A stretch of DNA of 64,000 nucleotides from contig JAGNEX010000004.1 in assembly GCA_018003035.1 (NCBI GenBank), forward strand, positions 651 to 64,650, in the 5' to 3' direction. The notes beneath the pieces are model-generated. The model was not told the origin of the DNA, did not search any database, and saw only the letters and a list, made by a program, of their open reading frames with translations. How positions within the stretch are numbered: the stretch's first letter is position 1; each line of letters opens with the position of its first letter. The stretch comes from Acidimicrobiia bacterium (GTDB lineage: Bacteria > Actinomycetota > Acidimicrobiia > IMCC26256 > JAGNEX01). Positions 35,550 to 44,394 of this stretch are shown in pieces. The translations under genes and the position numbers were made by a program.

Positions 35550-38405
35550 TCAACCTCGCCGCGCACGCGACAACAACACGTGCGCGATAGAGCCAGCGAC
35601 CACGGCCCAGAGGACAGCAAACAACAGCGGGCTGACGAACCGGTCTCGATCGGTCCCCAGGATGATCTCTCGCACCGACGACTCTTTGAACACAGAGGCA
35701 CCCGCAAGGCCGAGCACCGAACCAAGAATCCAGGTCGCAAATACGATGATCAGCAGAGCCCCAATCACGGACGCCGACCACACCACTGCGGTCACAACCC
35801 TTGGTGAGGCCTGACGCGGGATGCGGACCGGTCTGCGATGCCGCTGAGCGTCCGCCAACATCTGCGTCACCCGCTGGTCGTTATCCGCCCCGATGGGACG
35901 GGTGTAGCCATGTCGAGTCTGCGTCGCAGACAGCCCGGCGGGTCCCCCTGGACGTCCAGGTACAGGGCGGGTGCCTCGCTCGGGGCCAAGACTGCGAGCA
36001 CCAGGAACATCAGCCCGGGTGGAGTCGGCGGGTGGTCGGTAGAGCTCGCCTGACGCTGCAACCTCACGCGTGCGGTCGCTGGCCGGTCGGTACAGGCCTC
36101 CGGACGCGTCGTCAGGCGCGTTCTCAGCGCGCTCAAAGGCACTACGCGGCATCCTCGGGGCGCGCTGGGGATCACGACTGGCCCCACCGCGATTGTCGAT
36201 ATCACGACGTCCAGGATCCCGACGCCGAGGCTCTGCACGCCCCGAGCTCGAAGTTGAGCTCCTCTCGCGGGGACGTCGACGCCCGTCGTCAAAGGATCCG
36301 GTCGACTCTTCGGCATCTGAGCGGGACCGACTGGTCGGACGCCGATCGGGCCGCTCGGCTGCCGAAGAGGACCTGCGATCGTCCCCGCTGCGGTCAAGGT
36401 CGCCCCGTCGGTTTGGTCGATCGGGTCCGTCGACTGGACGGCGGCCGCTGTCATCTCGATCTGGATCCGATCGACGGCGTCGACGATCGGGTAGCGGAGC
36501 TGCTACCGGCTCGAAGGGGACGAGCCCGCCGGAGCGATCCTTGACGAGCGGGATGGATGCGTCGGGCACGACCTGGCGCGTTCCGGGCTTCCGCTTGCGA
36601 GCTGGCTGCGGACGGGTCGTCGCATCAAAGACGACAGTCGGATCGATGTTTGTCGTCGCGGCCGAAGCGGCCTCTTCGTCAAGCACGCGAACGGCACGAA
36701 TCCCTGTCAGGAGATCGATCTCGGAAATGGAGGAATCCGTGCTGGTGGGAAGGTCACCAGCATCGCCCAGGTCTTCTTCTTCGTCGATACTCGCATCGTC
36801 GTCGATGCCGCCGCCGAAGTCGCCAATGTTCTCGGTATCCGCACTGCCGACATCGTCGAGACCCATGAGAGCGTCGATGTGTGCCGACCGCTCCTCACCA
36901 GACGTAAACGAATCATCGTCCCAGCTGTCCTCGTCATCAGGAGAGCCGGCCGACGAATCGCCCTCCTCTTCACCGGATTCAAGTGAATCGTCGGCGGACC
37001 GAGAACGACGGCCGAGTCGACCAAAACGGGAACGGCCTTTCTTGCGGTCCCCAAAGAACCCGTCCAGCCGGTCGCTTCGGGACTCCTCTTCCTCTTCGTC
37101 GTCCTCAAAAAACTCACTGCCGAACGCGTCGCTAGGCAGCTCATAGAGAGATTCCAGGCTGCGCGTTGGCTCACCGTCGGCATCGGCTAAAGCACCGGCA
37201 GTGTCGGCGCTGGCTTCGGAATGGCTGGCCGGCCCATCATCCTCGGAATGCGGCCACTGAGGGTCGTCCTCGCCCTCATCCCCAACCTCGAGCTGGTCGT
37301 GCTGACCACCTACAAGGTTGTCGAGCTCCTCCTCGATGTCGTCCAGACCAAAATCGGCGAAATCGAAGCCGGACTCGTCCAGATCGCCTGAGTCGTCAGC
37401 TCCGTCGGCGTCATCGGTGTCGTCGTTAGCATCCTCGACAGGGTCTGCCGGAGCGGGGCCGCTATCGAACAGACCGCCGAACTCGCCGCTTGTGACCTCA
37501 GCTTCAGCAGGGGTTTCCTCCGAATCCGGCCAAGCAGAAGACCGGGACCCCTGACGGCGAGGAGCATCGGCGATATTTGAGTAACGACCGGGCCGGGCCG
37601 CGTCTTCGTCAAACTCTGGTTCTACCTCTGGTGGGCCCGAACGCGCCGGACGCGGCCAACCTCCGGTCGGACCAATCGCGTCCGCACCGATCCGCAGGGA
37701 GCCAGAAAGGTCTGCGCCCCCAAGGTCGAGCAATGCGTCGAGGGGATTAAACGTCCCGGGCGAAGCGGCAGCCCCAGGCTGGTGTGCATCCGGTGTGGAC
37801 CGAGTTGCCGAGCCTGCCGGGCCCCTGCGGCCAGACCCCGCACTGGTGGGTGCCGACGTCGATGCTGGCGTGCCTCCGTCGGTCTTGACTCCTCCGTCGG
37901 GTGTGTCGACAGGAACTGAATCATCAGGTGAGGTCACATCATCAGGCGACGAATCCGCCGCTGGCTGAGCCTCTGCATCAGCGCCTTCCTCAAAGAGGTC
38001 TTCTAAATCCGAACTCCACGCATTGAGCGTGTCGTCATCCCACTGCTCGAGGGTTCGCGTCAGATCGTCTTCGAGGGCGGAATCGGCCGAGTCCGACACC
38101 TGGCCCGAACGGCGCCCCTGCCGAGGGCCGCGTGAGGCAGCGTCCGGTCGCTGCTGATTGGAGGACTCGCCTCCGGCTGCCTGGTCGGCTCCGTCTCCGC
38201 CGCGGCGCCCGCGACGAAAACGCCTCGCACGCTGTTTTGGTTCGGGACCAGACGCTGCCTGAGCAGCGGTCTCCTCGGGGTCGCGCCAAGCAACAGGCAC
38301 CTTGAGGCGCGCACCGCACCGCAAACAGGCGAACGTGTCGCCCCCCGGCACCTCGGCCTGGCGGTGGCGTCGACCGCATTTCGGACATTCGAGAAGCGAT
38401 GCCAT
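35550..38405 (-). CDS. 951-aa zinc-ribbon protein, mostly intrinsically disordered (acidic then basic), C-terminal membrane anchor
   Basis: The ATG is 2 nt after the trpD stop. aa 7-30 CPKCG-x15-CLRCG. aa about 105-590 are D/E/S/G-rich with repeated aromatic-acidic motifs. aa about 600-870 are R/D/S/P-rich. aa 869-945 are hydrophobic (VVTAVVWSASVIGALLIIVFATWILGSVLGLAGASVF; FVSPLLFAVLWAVVAGSIAHVLL). Confidence 0.75.
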   Translation of the reverse strand: MASLLECPKCGRRHRQAEVPGGDTFACLRCGARLKVPVAWRDPEETAAQAASGPEPKQRARRFRRGRRGGDGADQAAGGESSNQQRPDAASRGPRQGRRSGQVSDSADSALEDDLTRTLEQWDDDTLNAWSSDLEDLFEEGADAEAQPAADSSPDDVTSPDDSVPVDTPDGGVKTDGGTPASTSAPTSAGSGRRGPAGSATRSTPDAHQPGAAASPGTFNPLDALLDLGGADLSGSLRIGADAIGPTGGWPRPARSGPPEVEPEFDEDAARPGRYSNIADAPRRQGSRSSAWPDSEETPAEAEVTSGEFGGLFDSGPAPADPVEDANDDTDDADGADDSGDLDESGFDFADFGLDDIEEELDNLVGGQHDQLEVGDEGEDDPQWPHSEDDGPASHSEASADTAGALADADGEPTRSLESLYELPSDAFGSEFFEDDEEEEESRSDRLDGFFGDRKKGRSRFGRLGRRSRSADDSLESGEEEGDSSAGSPDDEDSWDDDSFTSGEERSAHIDALMGLDDVGSADTENIGDFGGGIDDDASIDEEEDLGDAGDLPTSTDSSISEIDLLTGIRAVRVLDEEAASAATTNIDPTVVFDATTRPQPARKRKPGTRQVVPDASIPLVKDRSGGLVPFEPVAAPLPDRRRRRSDPDRDDSGRRPVDGPDRPNRRGDLDRSGDDRRSSSAAERPDRRPTSRSRSDAEESTGSFDDGRRRPRERSSTSSSGRAEPRRRDPGRRDIDNRGGASRDPQRAPRMPRSAFERAENAPDDASGGLYRPASDRTREVAASGELYRPPADSTRADVPGARSLGPERGTRPVPGRPGGPAGLSATQTRHGYTRPIGADNDQRVTQMLADAQRHRRPVRIPRQASPRVVTAVVWSASVIGALLIIVFATWILGSVLGLAGASVFKESSVREIILGTDRDRFVSPLLFAVLWAVVAGSIAHVLLSRARRG

Positions 38406-38407
38406 TG

Positions 38408-39448
38408 CTACGAGGCTTCCTGCTGGCTGATTGTCACCAATGCGTGCAGAACCTCAATGGGGCGTTGGTCGCTCATTGCCTTGCGCGCTATGTCGACACC
38501 GTCAGCGATGGTCGACACCGCCCCAGAGACACACAAAATTGCTCCGGCGTTCAAGGCAACGATGTCTGATGCGGGTCCGCCGTCTCCGGTCAAGATCTCT
38601 GGAACAGCCGCGACTCGTTGGCCGAGTTCGCCGCCCTGAATTGCTTCCAGCGGCGCTTCAGAGATTCCGAAATCCCCGGGCCTGATCACGATTTCAGACA
38701 CCAAACCGCCGGAGTAGCGCAAAACGGTTGAAGGCCCTGACAGGGTGATCTCGTCGAGGCCGTCCGAGCCCCACACCACCATCGCTTCGGTCACACCTCG
38801 CCGTGTGAGGACGGCGAGCATGCGCTCGGCCATCGTCGCGTCGCTCACGCCCACGAACTGGCGCCCGACCCTTGCGGGATTCGCAAGGGGCCCGAGGAAG
38901 TTAAAGAGCGTTGGGACGGCCAACTGTTGGCGTACCGGGCCGACAAAGCGCATCGACGGGTGATACGACCGAGCGAAATAGAAGCCCATTCCCGAGCCTT
39001 TGATGCACGCGGCGACACCCTCGCCTGGAAGGTCGATCGCAACCCCCAGCGCCTCCAACAAGTCAGCCGAGCCGCAATCTGACGACGCCGAACGATTTCC
39101 GTGCTTTGCGACGCGCGCACCCGCACTGGCAGCGACGAGCGATGCCAAAGTCGAGACGTTGATTGAATGCGACCGATCCCCGCCCGTGCCGCAAGTATCG
39201 ACCAAATCGGAGAGGTCTCCCAGATCGTCCAGCGGAGCCGGCTGCGCGTTCTCGTACATCACATCGAGGATCGCCGCGAGTTCCGAGGCGTCCTCGCCAC
39301 GAACCCGCATCCCAAAGATCAACGCGGCCGTCTGAGCGTCGGATGCTTGGCCGGACAGGATCTGGCGAAAGGCCCAACGGATGGAAGTTTCGTCGAGTGC
39401 CCCAGCGCGCAACTGCGTGAGTACCTCAGCCCACGACGTTTCAGCCAT
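38408..39448 (-). CDS. trpD: anthranilate phosphoribosyltransferase
   Basis: 346-aa ORF. DTCGTGGDRSHSINVST, AKHGNRSASS, and typical TrpD length. Confidence 0.95.
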   Translation of the reverse strand: MAETSWAEVLTQLRAGALDETSIRWAFRQILSGQASDAQTAALIFGMRVRGEDASELAAILDVMYENAQPAPLDDLGDLSDLVDTCGTGGDRSHSINVSTLASLVAASAGARVAKHGNRSASSDCGSADLLEALGVAIDLPGEGVAACIKGSGMGFYFARSYHPSMRFVGPVRQQLAVPTLFNFLGPLANPARVGRQFVGVSDATMAERMLAVLTRRGVTEAMVVWGSDGLDEITLSGPSTVLRYSGGLVSEIVIRPGDFGISEAPLEAIQGGELGQRVAAVPEILTGDGGPASDIVALNAGAILCVSGAVSTIADGVDIARKAMSDQRPIEVLHALVTISQQEAS

Positions 39449-39609
39449 CGATTCCGATCCTCCGTCTCATAGAACTCGTCCAAGGCTAGGTGTCGCGACC
39501 CCCTAGTGGGAGGATGCTCACCGTCACATCACCCTCTCAAGGGCCGCAGCGCGCGAGCCTTACTGGGTCACCTAAAAGTCCAAGGGCCCAAATCCACGAG
39601 GAGCGCCTG

Positions 39610-40062
39610 TTGAACAGTCTTGCCGACATCCGTTGGAAATCGGTCGCGGCCGGGGCTGCGAACGGTCTGCTGTTCTTGGTGATCGCCGGTGTTGGCGAGT
39701 TGATCCACCAGGCCGTCGTTGACGATCCGTGCGACTCATCCTGGAGTTACCTGCTCTTTGCCGTGCAGATGTTCGGCTACCTCTTCGCCGGTTACGTCGG
39801 TGCCCGGTACCAACCCGAACGCCCGCTAACCCACGGAGCGTTGGCAGCGCTCGGCGCGGTCATCGCAGGGCTCGTCTTGGGTGCCGCACTGAGCAGCTTT
39901 GTCGACACCGCAGACTGCGGGAACGAGTTCGTCATCGTGGTGTTTTCCCGGTCCTTGTTTGCCGTGGGCCTTGGCCTGGTCGGAGCGACCTTCGGCCAGC
40001 GCGCCCTGCGGATCTACGGGCTTCCCGGCGACGAGACGCCACGATCCGACACCGACGCCTGA
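39610..40062 (+). CDS. hypothetical 4-TM membrane protein
   Basis: Hydrophobic segments (GAANGLLFLVIAGVG, LLFAVQMFGYLFAGYVGA, ALAALGAVIAGLVLGAAL, LFAVGLGLVGATF). The frame is open from GTG 39490. I favour the TTG at 39610, which is preceded by GAGGAG at 6 nt. Confidence 0.55.
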   Translation: MNSLADIRWKSVAAGAANGLLFLVIAGVGELIHQAVVDDPCDSSWSYLLFAVQMFGYLFAGYVGARYQPERPLTHGALAALGAVIAGLVLGAALSSFVDTADCGNEFVIVVFSRSLFAVGLGLVGATFGQRALRIYGLPGDETPRSDTDA

Positions 40063-40233
40063 GCGGTGGGGTTCGGGGCGGCAGTCCCGAATCGCGAGCC
40101 GCGACTTAGCCTGCCTCGGGGCGTTGGTTTCCCGATCGGACGACCGGATCAGAGCGGCGTGGGCCGCCACGACGCGACCCGGCCGGCGCCCGGTCCTCTC
40201 GAGCCTCAGCAACCGTGCAATGCTGTCGAAGGT

Positions 40234-40595
<362 letters not shown>

Positions 40596-40718
40596 CCCAC
40601 CATCTCGACGCCAGGTGCCGCCCAGAATGTCTGCTCCGTGAGTGCTGCCCTGGGGTGCGCCTGGCCAGTGGCCCGCGAGGCGGCGACACATCGGTCGGGC
40701 GCCGACGTTGTGTTGTCG

Positions 40719-42449
40719 CTACCGAGCGTCTGAGTTGAGCATCATCTCGGAGACCCGCACGATGTCGCGCATGTCGATGATGCCGACATATCGCTCGCCG
40801 TCGACCACCGGAATCCGGTCAAGACCCGACCGTTCCATCGCCTGGACGGTCTTTCGCAGATTCCAGGTGAGCGCAGCGGGTGTCACATCAACGCGCAGTG
40901 TGTCGTTGACCGTGGTCACCGCGCGCATCCCCTTATCGACGTTCTCAAGAGACTGCGGTGTCATGACACCCAGGTACACCCCATCATCGACGACCGGCAC
41001 CACATCAGAGCCAGCGGACGGAAGGAAGTCCCGCAGATAATCGTCGATCGACGTGGCCGACGGCACCGTTAACGCGTCACGGCTAATCGCGGCGGTGACC
41101 GGCAAACGCAAGCGCCGCTCCACCGCTCCGGCGCGCCGCGAACGCTGGTCAGGGGCAATAGAAGCTGGCCCCATAACCAGCTGAGCCAGAGCGGTCGCGA
41201 TGATGCCCGGCACAACAAAGTCGGCTCGCGTGGTCGTCTCAGCAACGAACATCACAGCAGCGATTGGAGTCCGGTAGCCAGCGCCCAGAAAAGCGGCCAT
41301 GCCGACCAGGGGGAGAAGCGTCGAGGTTGAGGACTCATTGAGCATTCCCGACACCGAACGGCCGAGGAGGGCCCCCAACGCTGCGAGCGACACGAACACC
41401 CCTCCGACGCCCCCGCCGCTCAATGCCAGCAGCGTAGCGCTCCACCTAAAGGCAAAGATCGCCACGACGAGCCCAACGCCGACGTCGGTATTGGTGGCCC
41501 AACGGATCGTGTTGTACCCCGCCCCGAGGGTGAGAAACTCGTCGGTCAACGAGAGCGAAATCGCAGCGATCGCGGCGATTCCAACCGACGCAATGACCAC
41601 GCGGTACCGCCACCGAATGTGCAGCGCCGTGTGCTTGGCCGCAAGCGCAGTCATGGCAAACAGGCGGGCGCCGAGCCCGGACAGCAAGCCGACAAGCGCC
41701 GCAGCACCGAGGTCGGGGGTGGTCACACTCGACGCGGTGAACAGCGGTAACAGGGCCTGACTTCCGTTGAGGGCGATAAAGGTGAGGTAGGACGCCGCTG
41801 CCGCGATCAAAGCTGGCAGCACCGATCGGCCAGAGGAATCGTCTCGATATGGCACTTCGATCGCGAACAACGCACCGGTCGCCGGCGCTTTGAAGATGGC
41901 AGCGACGGCAGCGGCCGTCCCGGCGGTCATCAACAGCTTCGAATCTCGGGTCGAAAACATTCGGTGAAAACGGTCTTGAACCTTTGCCCCAATCGCCGCC
42001 CCGAGATAGACGCTCGGGCCCTCGTAACCCAGGGGAACGCCCGAACCGAGCGTCAGGGCGGCCGCAAGCATGCGCGCCGGCACCGGTTTGTACGGGAAAG
42101 GCGCGCGGCTGTGATAGTTCTGCACGTAGACGTCGGAATTCGACGGCGAGGCACGATTTCCCAGGTAACGCAGGGCAAGCATCGCACCCAGAAGCCCGAA
42201 ACCCGGAGCGATCATCCGGGCGGCGTTGGGCAGATGATCCACCCATTCAGCGACCACCTCGGCGGTCACATAGTCAAAGACTGCGACCGCCAGACCGACG
42301 ATGATCCCGACAAACATGGCGAGCAGCAGCGTGCGTTGCCACTGGCGCTGCCAGCGTTGAACGGTCAGCCGTCGAGCATCCGCTTCACGTGCAAACCGCT
42401 GAACGACACGCTTTCGCCAAAGGGCCACACGGGTGGACGCCTTACCCAT
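40719..42449 (-). CDS. ClC-family chloride channel/antiporter with C-terminal CBS pair
   Basis: GSGVPLGYEGPSVYLGAAIG (GxEGP), GGVGGVF, polytopic core. C-terminal CBS-like repeats (VVPVVDDGVYLGVMT; RIPVVDGERYVGIIDMRDI). The start at the ATG at 42449 gives an ATGGGTAA overlap with the upstream stop. Confidence 0.9.
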   Translation of the reverse strand: MGKASTRVALWRKRVVQRFAREADARRLTVQRWQRQWQRTLLLAMFVGIIVGLAVAVFDYVTAEVVAEWVDHLPNAARMIAPGFGLLGAMLALRYLGNRASPSNSDVYVQNYHSRAPFPYKPVPARMLAAALTLGSGVPLGYEGPSVYLGAAIGAKVQDRFHRMFSTRDSKLLMTAGTAAAVAAIFKAPATGALFAIEVPYRDDSSGRSVLPALIAAAASYLTFIALNGSQALLPLFTASSVTTPDLGAAALVGLLSGLGARLFAMTALAAKHTALHIRWRYRVVIASVGIAAIAAISLSLTDEFLTLGAGYNTIRWATNTDVGVGLVVAIFAFRWSATLLALSGGGVGGVFVSLAALGALLGRSVSGMLNESSTSTLLPLVGMAAFLGAGYRTPIAAVMFVAETTTRADFVVPGIIATALAQLVMGPASIAPDQRSRRAGAVERRLRLPVTAAISRDALTVPSATSIDDYLRDFLPSAGSDVVPVVDDGVYLGVMTPQSLENVDKGMRAVTTVNDTLRVDVTPAALTWNLRKTVQAMERSGLDRIPVVDGERYVGIIDMRDIVRVSEMMLNSDAR

Positions 42450-43044
42450 CGAGTGAGGCCTGGGGAAGTGGCACGACGTTAAAACCGCTGACAACGGGCC
42501 AGGCGGCGGTTCCTTCGATCACCGACATCGCAGCGTTGTCAAGGCGAAACCGCCACGAGGAAACTGGGGACATGCCGAGGGCGTTGGTGAGTAGCGCTTT
42601 GATGGGTGACACGTGGCTGACCGCGACCACTGGCGTACCGCCCAACCATTCGCTGAGGAGCGGCGCCACGCGTTGGCTCACTTGTTCCAGCGACTCGCCG
42701 TCACGCGGGGAAAAGGTGGCATCCGTGCGCCATGCATTGGCGGCTGAGCCAGGGACGTCCTTGAAGGGAACGCCTTCCCATTGGCCGTAGGACACCTCGA
42801 TGAGTCGTTCGTCAACGACCGGCTCACAGCCGATCGAGCGAGCGATGATCTCGGCGGTCTCCACGGCGCGACGGAGCGGGCTGCAGTACAGGCGCCCGAT
42901 CGACGAACCGTAACGTGCTCGGAGAAACTCGCCGAGAGCTTGTGCCTGTTCCATCCCGACCTTGTTCAGCGCCAGGTCGGAACGTCCCTGCAGAAGCCCA
43001 TGAGCGTTTGCGTCGGTCTGGCCGTGTCGGGCAAGGATCAACAA
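42442..43044 (-). CDS. histidine phosphatase superfamily protein (phosphoglycerate mutase/CobC-like)
   Basis: 200-aa ORF with catalytic N-terminus MLILARHGQTDANAHGLLQG (RHG). Confidence 0.85.
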   Translation of the reverse strand: MLILARHGQTDANAHGLLQGRSDLALNKVGMEQAQALGEFLRARYGSSIGRLYCSPLRRAVETAEIIARSIGCEPVVDERLIEVSYGQWEGVPFKDVPGSAANAWRTDATFSPRDGESLEQVSQRVAPLLSEWLGGTPVVAVSHVSPIKALLTNALGMSPVSSWRFRLDNAAMSVIEGTAAWPVVSGFNVVPLPQASLDG

Positions 43045-43095
43045 CGCGCCAGCCGCCTCCGTTCTTGGGTAGTCGTGGTGGGTGTCGGTTCGGCG

Positions 43096-43575
43096 TTACC
43101 GGGAGCCGATAGGCGGGCTCACCGTACCGGTGGCGAGGAAGGTTTGCCGTCGGCGCGGTTCACTGAGCCCGAAATGTTTATAGAACGCTACACAGGCAAC
43201 CACGCCGAGCAGCTCGCGAGCGACCAACCAACCGGCCGCCGGCAACAATGCGTGACTCCCCCAGTCGGCTCCTAGGGCAGGCCACCAGAAAACTGCCTGG
43301 TCCGCCCAGACCCCGTCTAGAACGAGGTGTGCCAACATGCCGATCGGAACGCCTAACCAACGTCGCTGTCCCAGACGAGAGCGCTGAGCAAGCATCACTA
43401 CAGCCATCACCAGGCCGGCAGCGACAAGGGTGTGACCAAACGCCCAGTGACCGACGGCCACATCTACCGCCAACGGAACGAGCGCCCCCAGGGCGAGGAA
43501 ACGGTAATCGACGCCGCGGGACTGGAAAACCGCCCAGACTCCCCACCACGTGAGCCCGATGAAATAGAGAATCAC
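43096..43575 (-). CDS. membrane protein, possibly YdjM/DUF457-type membrane-bound metal-dependent hydrolase
   Basis: Polytopic, with His-containing motifs (VGHWAFGHT, MLAHLVLDGV). Start placed at the GTG at 43575, 4 nt after the upstream stop. The longer track ORF would overlap the upstream gene. Confidence 0.6.
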   Translation of the reverse strand: MILYFIGLTWWGVWAVFQSRGVDYRFLALGALVPLAVDVAVGHWAFGHTLVAAGLVMAVVMLAQRSRLGQRRWLGVPIGMLAHLVLDGVWADQAVFWWPALGADWGSHALLPAAGWLVARELLGVVACVAFYKHFGLSEPRRRQTFLATGTVSPPIGSR

Positions 43576-43579
43576 GCTC

Positions 43580-44293
43580 TCAGGTGCGCACCAGAATGCA
43601 CGAGCAATTGTCGCAGCGAGGCACCGCGTCGGGCGACATTCCTCTGATCCGGTCGACTTCGACTGCGGGAAGCGTGAGGTGACAGCCCTGGCAGGTATTG
43701 CCGACAAGCTTGGCGACCCCTACACCTCGGTTGTGGGTACGAATGCGCTCGTAGGTGGCGAGAAGCGCCGCATCGATGACGTTCGCCGCTTCGACTCGCC
43801 GCGCTTGTAACGCTTCGACTTCGGCTTCGAGGTCGACTTCCCGCTCGGCAAGCGCCGTGGTCGCTGCCGCCACTTTGGCCCCGGCAGTTTCCAGGCCCGC
43901 GGTCTGGTCCGCAATCGTCGTTTCGATGGTTTCTCGCGCCTCCATCTGGACCAGGTTGAGATCGTCGAGGTGATCGCGCTGGCGGCGGAGCTGATCGAGA
44001 TCGGCCTGCCACATCAGAAGTTCGCGGTGGTTGCCCGATCCCGTTTCGAGCTGGTGCTCGACGTGGGTCATCTTGTCGGCCAGTTGGGCCGCCTCGTCGG
44101 AGAGCTTGGCCTCGGCTTTGAGACGCTCGTCCCGGGCCGACTGGGCCTTTTCGAGTTCGCCACGCCGGACTAACTCATCCTGTTCGGCTTCGTTCAGCGC
44201 CGCTCGCTCGGGGAGCTCGCGGAGCTGGCGTTGAAGCCGCACCAAATCGATATCGATTTCTTGGAGTGCGAGAAGTTCCTCGAGTGCGCCCAT
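43580..44293 (-). CDS. coiled-coil C4 zinc-ribbon protein (DUF164/COG1579 type)
   Basis: 237-aa ORF. N-terminal ELLALQEIDIDL..LQRQL, a long coiled coil, and C-terminal CQGCHLTLP...PRCDNCSCIL. Confidence 0.85.
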   Translation of the reverse strand: MGALEELLALQEIDIDLVRLQRQLRELPERAALNEAEQDELVRRGELEKAQSARDERLKAEAKLSDEAAQLADKMTHVEHQLETGSGNHRELLMWQADLDQLRRQRDHLDDLNLVQMEARETIETTIADQTAGLETAGAKVAAATTALAEREVDLEAEVEALQARRVEAANVIDAALLATYERIRTHNRGVGVAKLVGNTCQGCHLTLPAVEVDRIRGMSPDAVPRCDNCSCILVRT

Positions 44294-44394
44294 CGGGCGG
44301 CATCGTAGCGCGCCGCCCAGGACAGGTCGGCCCGAGCGACGCTACGAACTCTGGTCAGCAGGAGATGGCGCCGAATCTGCCGCTACCCCGCTAG

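Noticed and set aside
36070-37146. 358-aa plus-strand ORF (Ser/Arg/Pro-rich) opposite the 951-aa gene
   Set aside because: It is the reverse complement of GAC/GAG/GAA-rich acidic codons (giving GTC/CTC/TTC), which naturally lacks stops. It has no start context or motifs. The minus-strand frame has a Zn ribbon, TM helices and operon-consistent coupling to trpD.
44344-44357. Second SOS-box candidate cgaactctggtcag upstream of the DUF164/YdjM-like string
   Set aside because: Only the left half-site (CGAAC) matches. The right half is GTCAG instead of GTTCG, two mismatches in the core. That is too degenerate to call without a scoring matrix.
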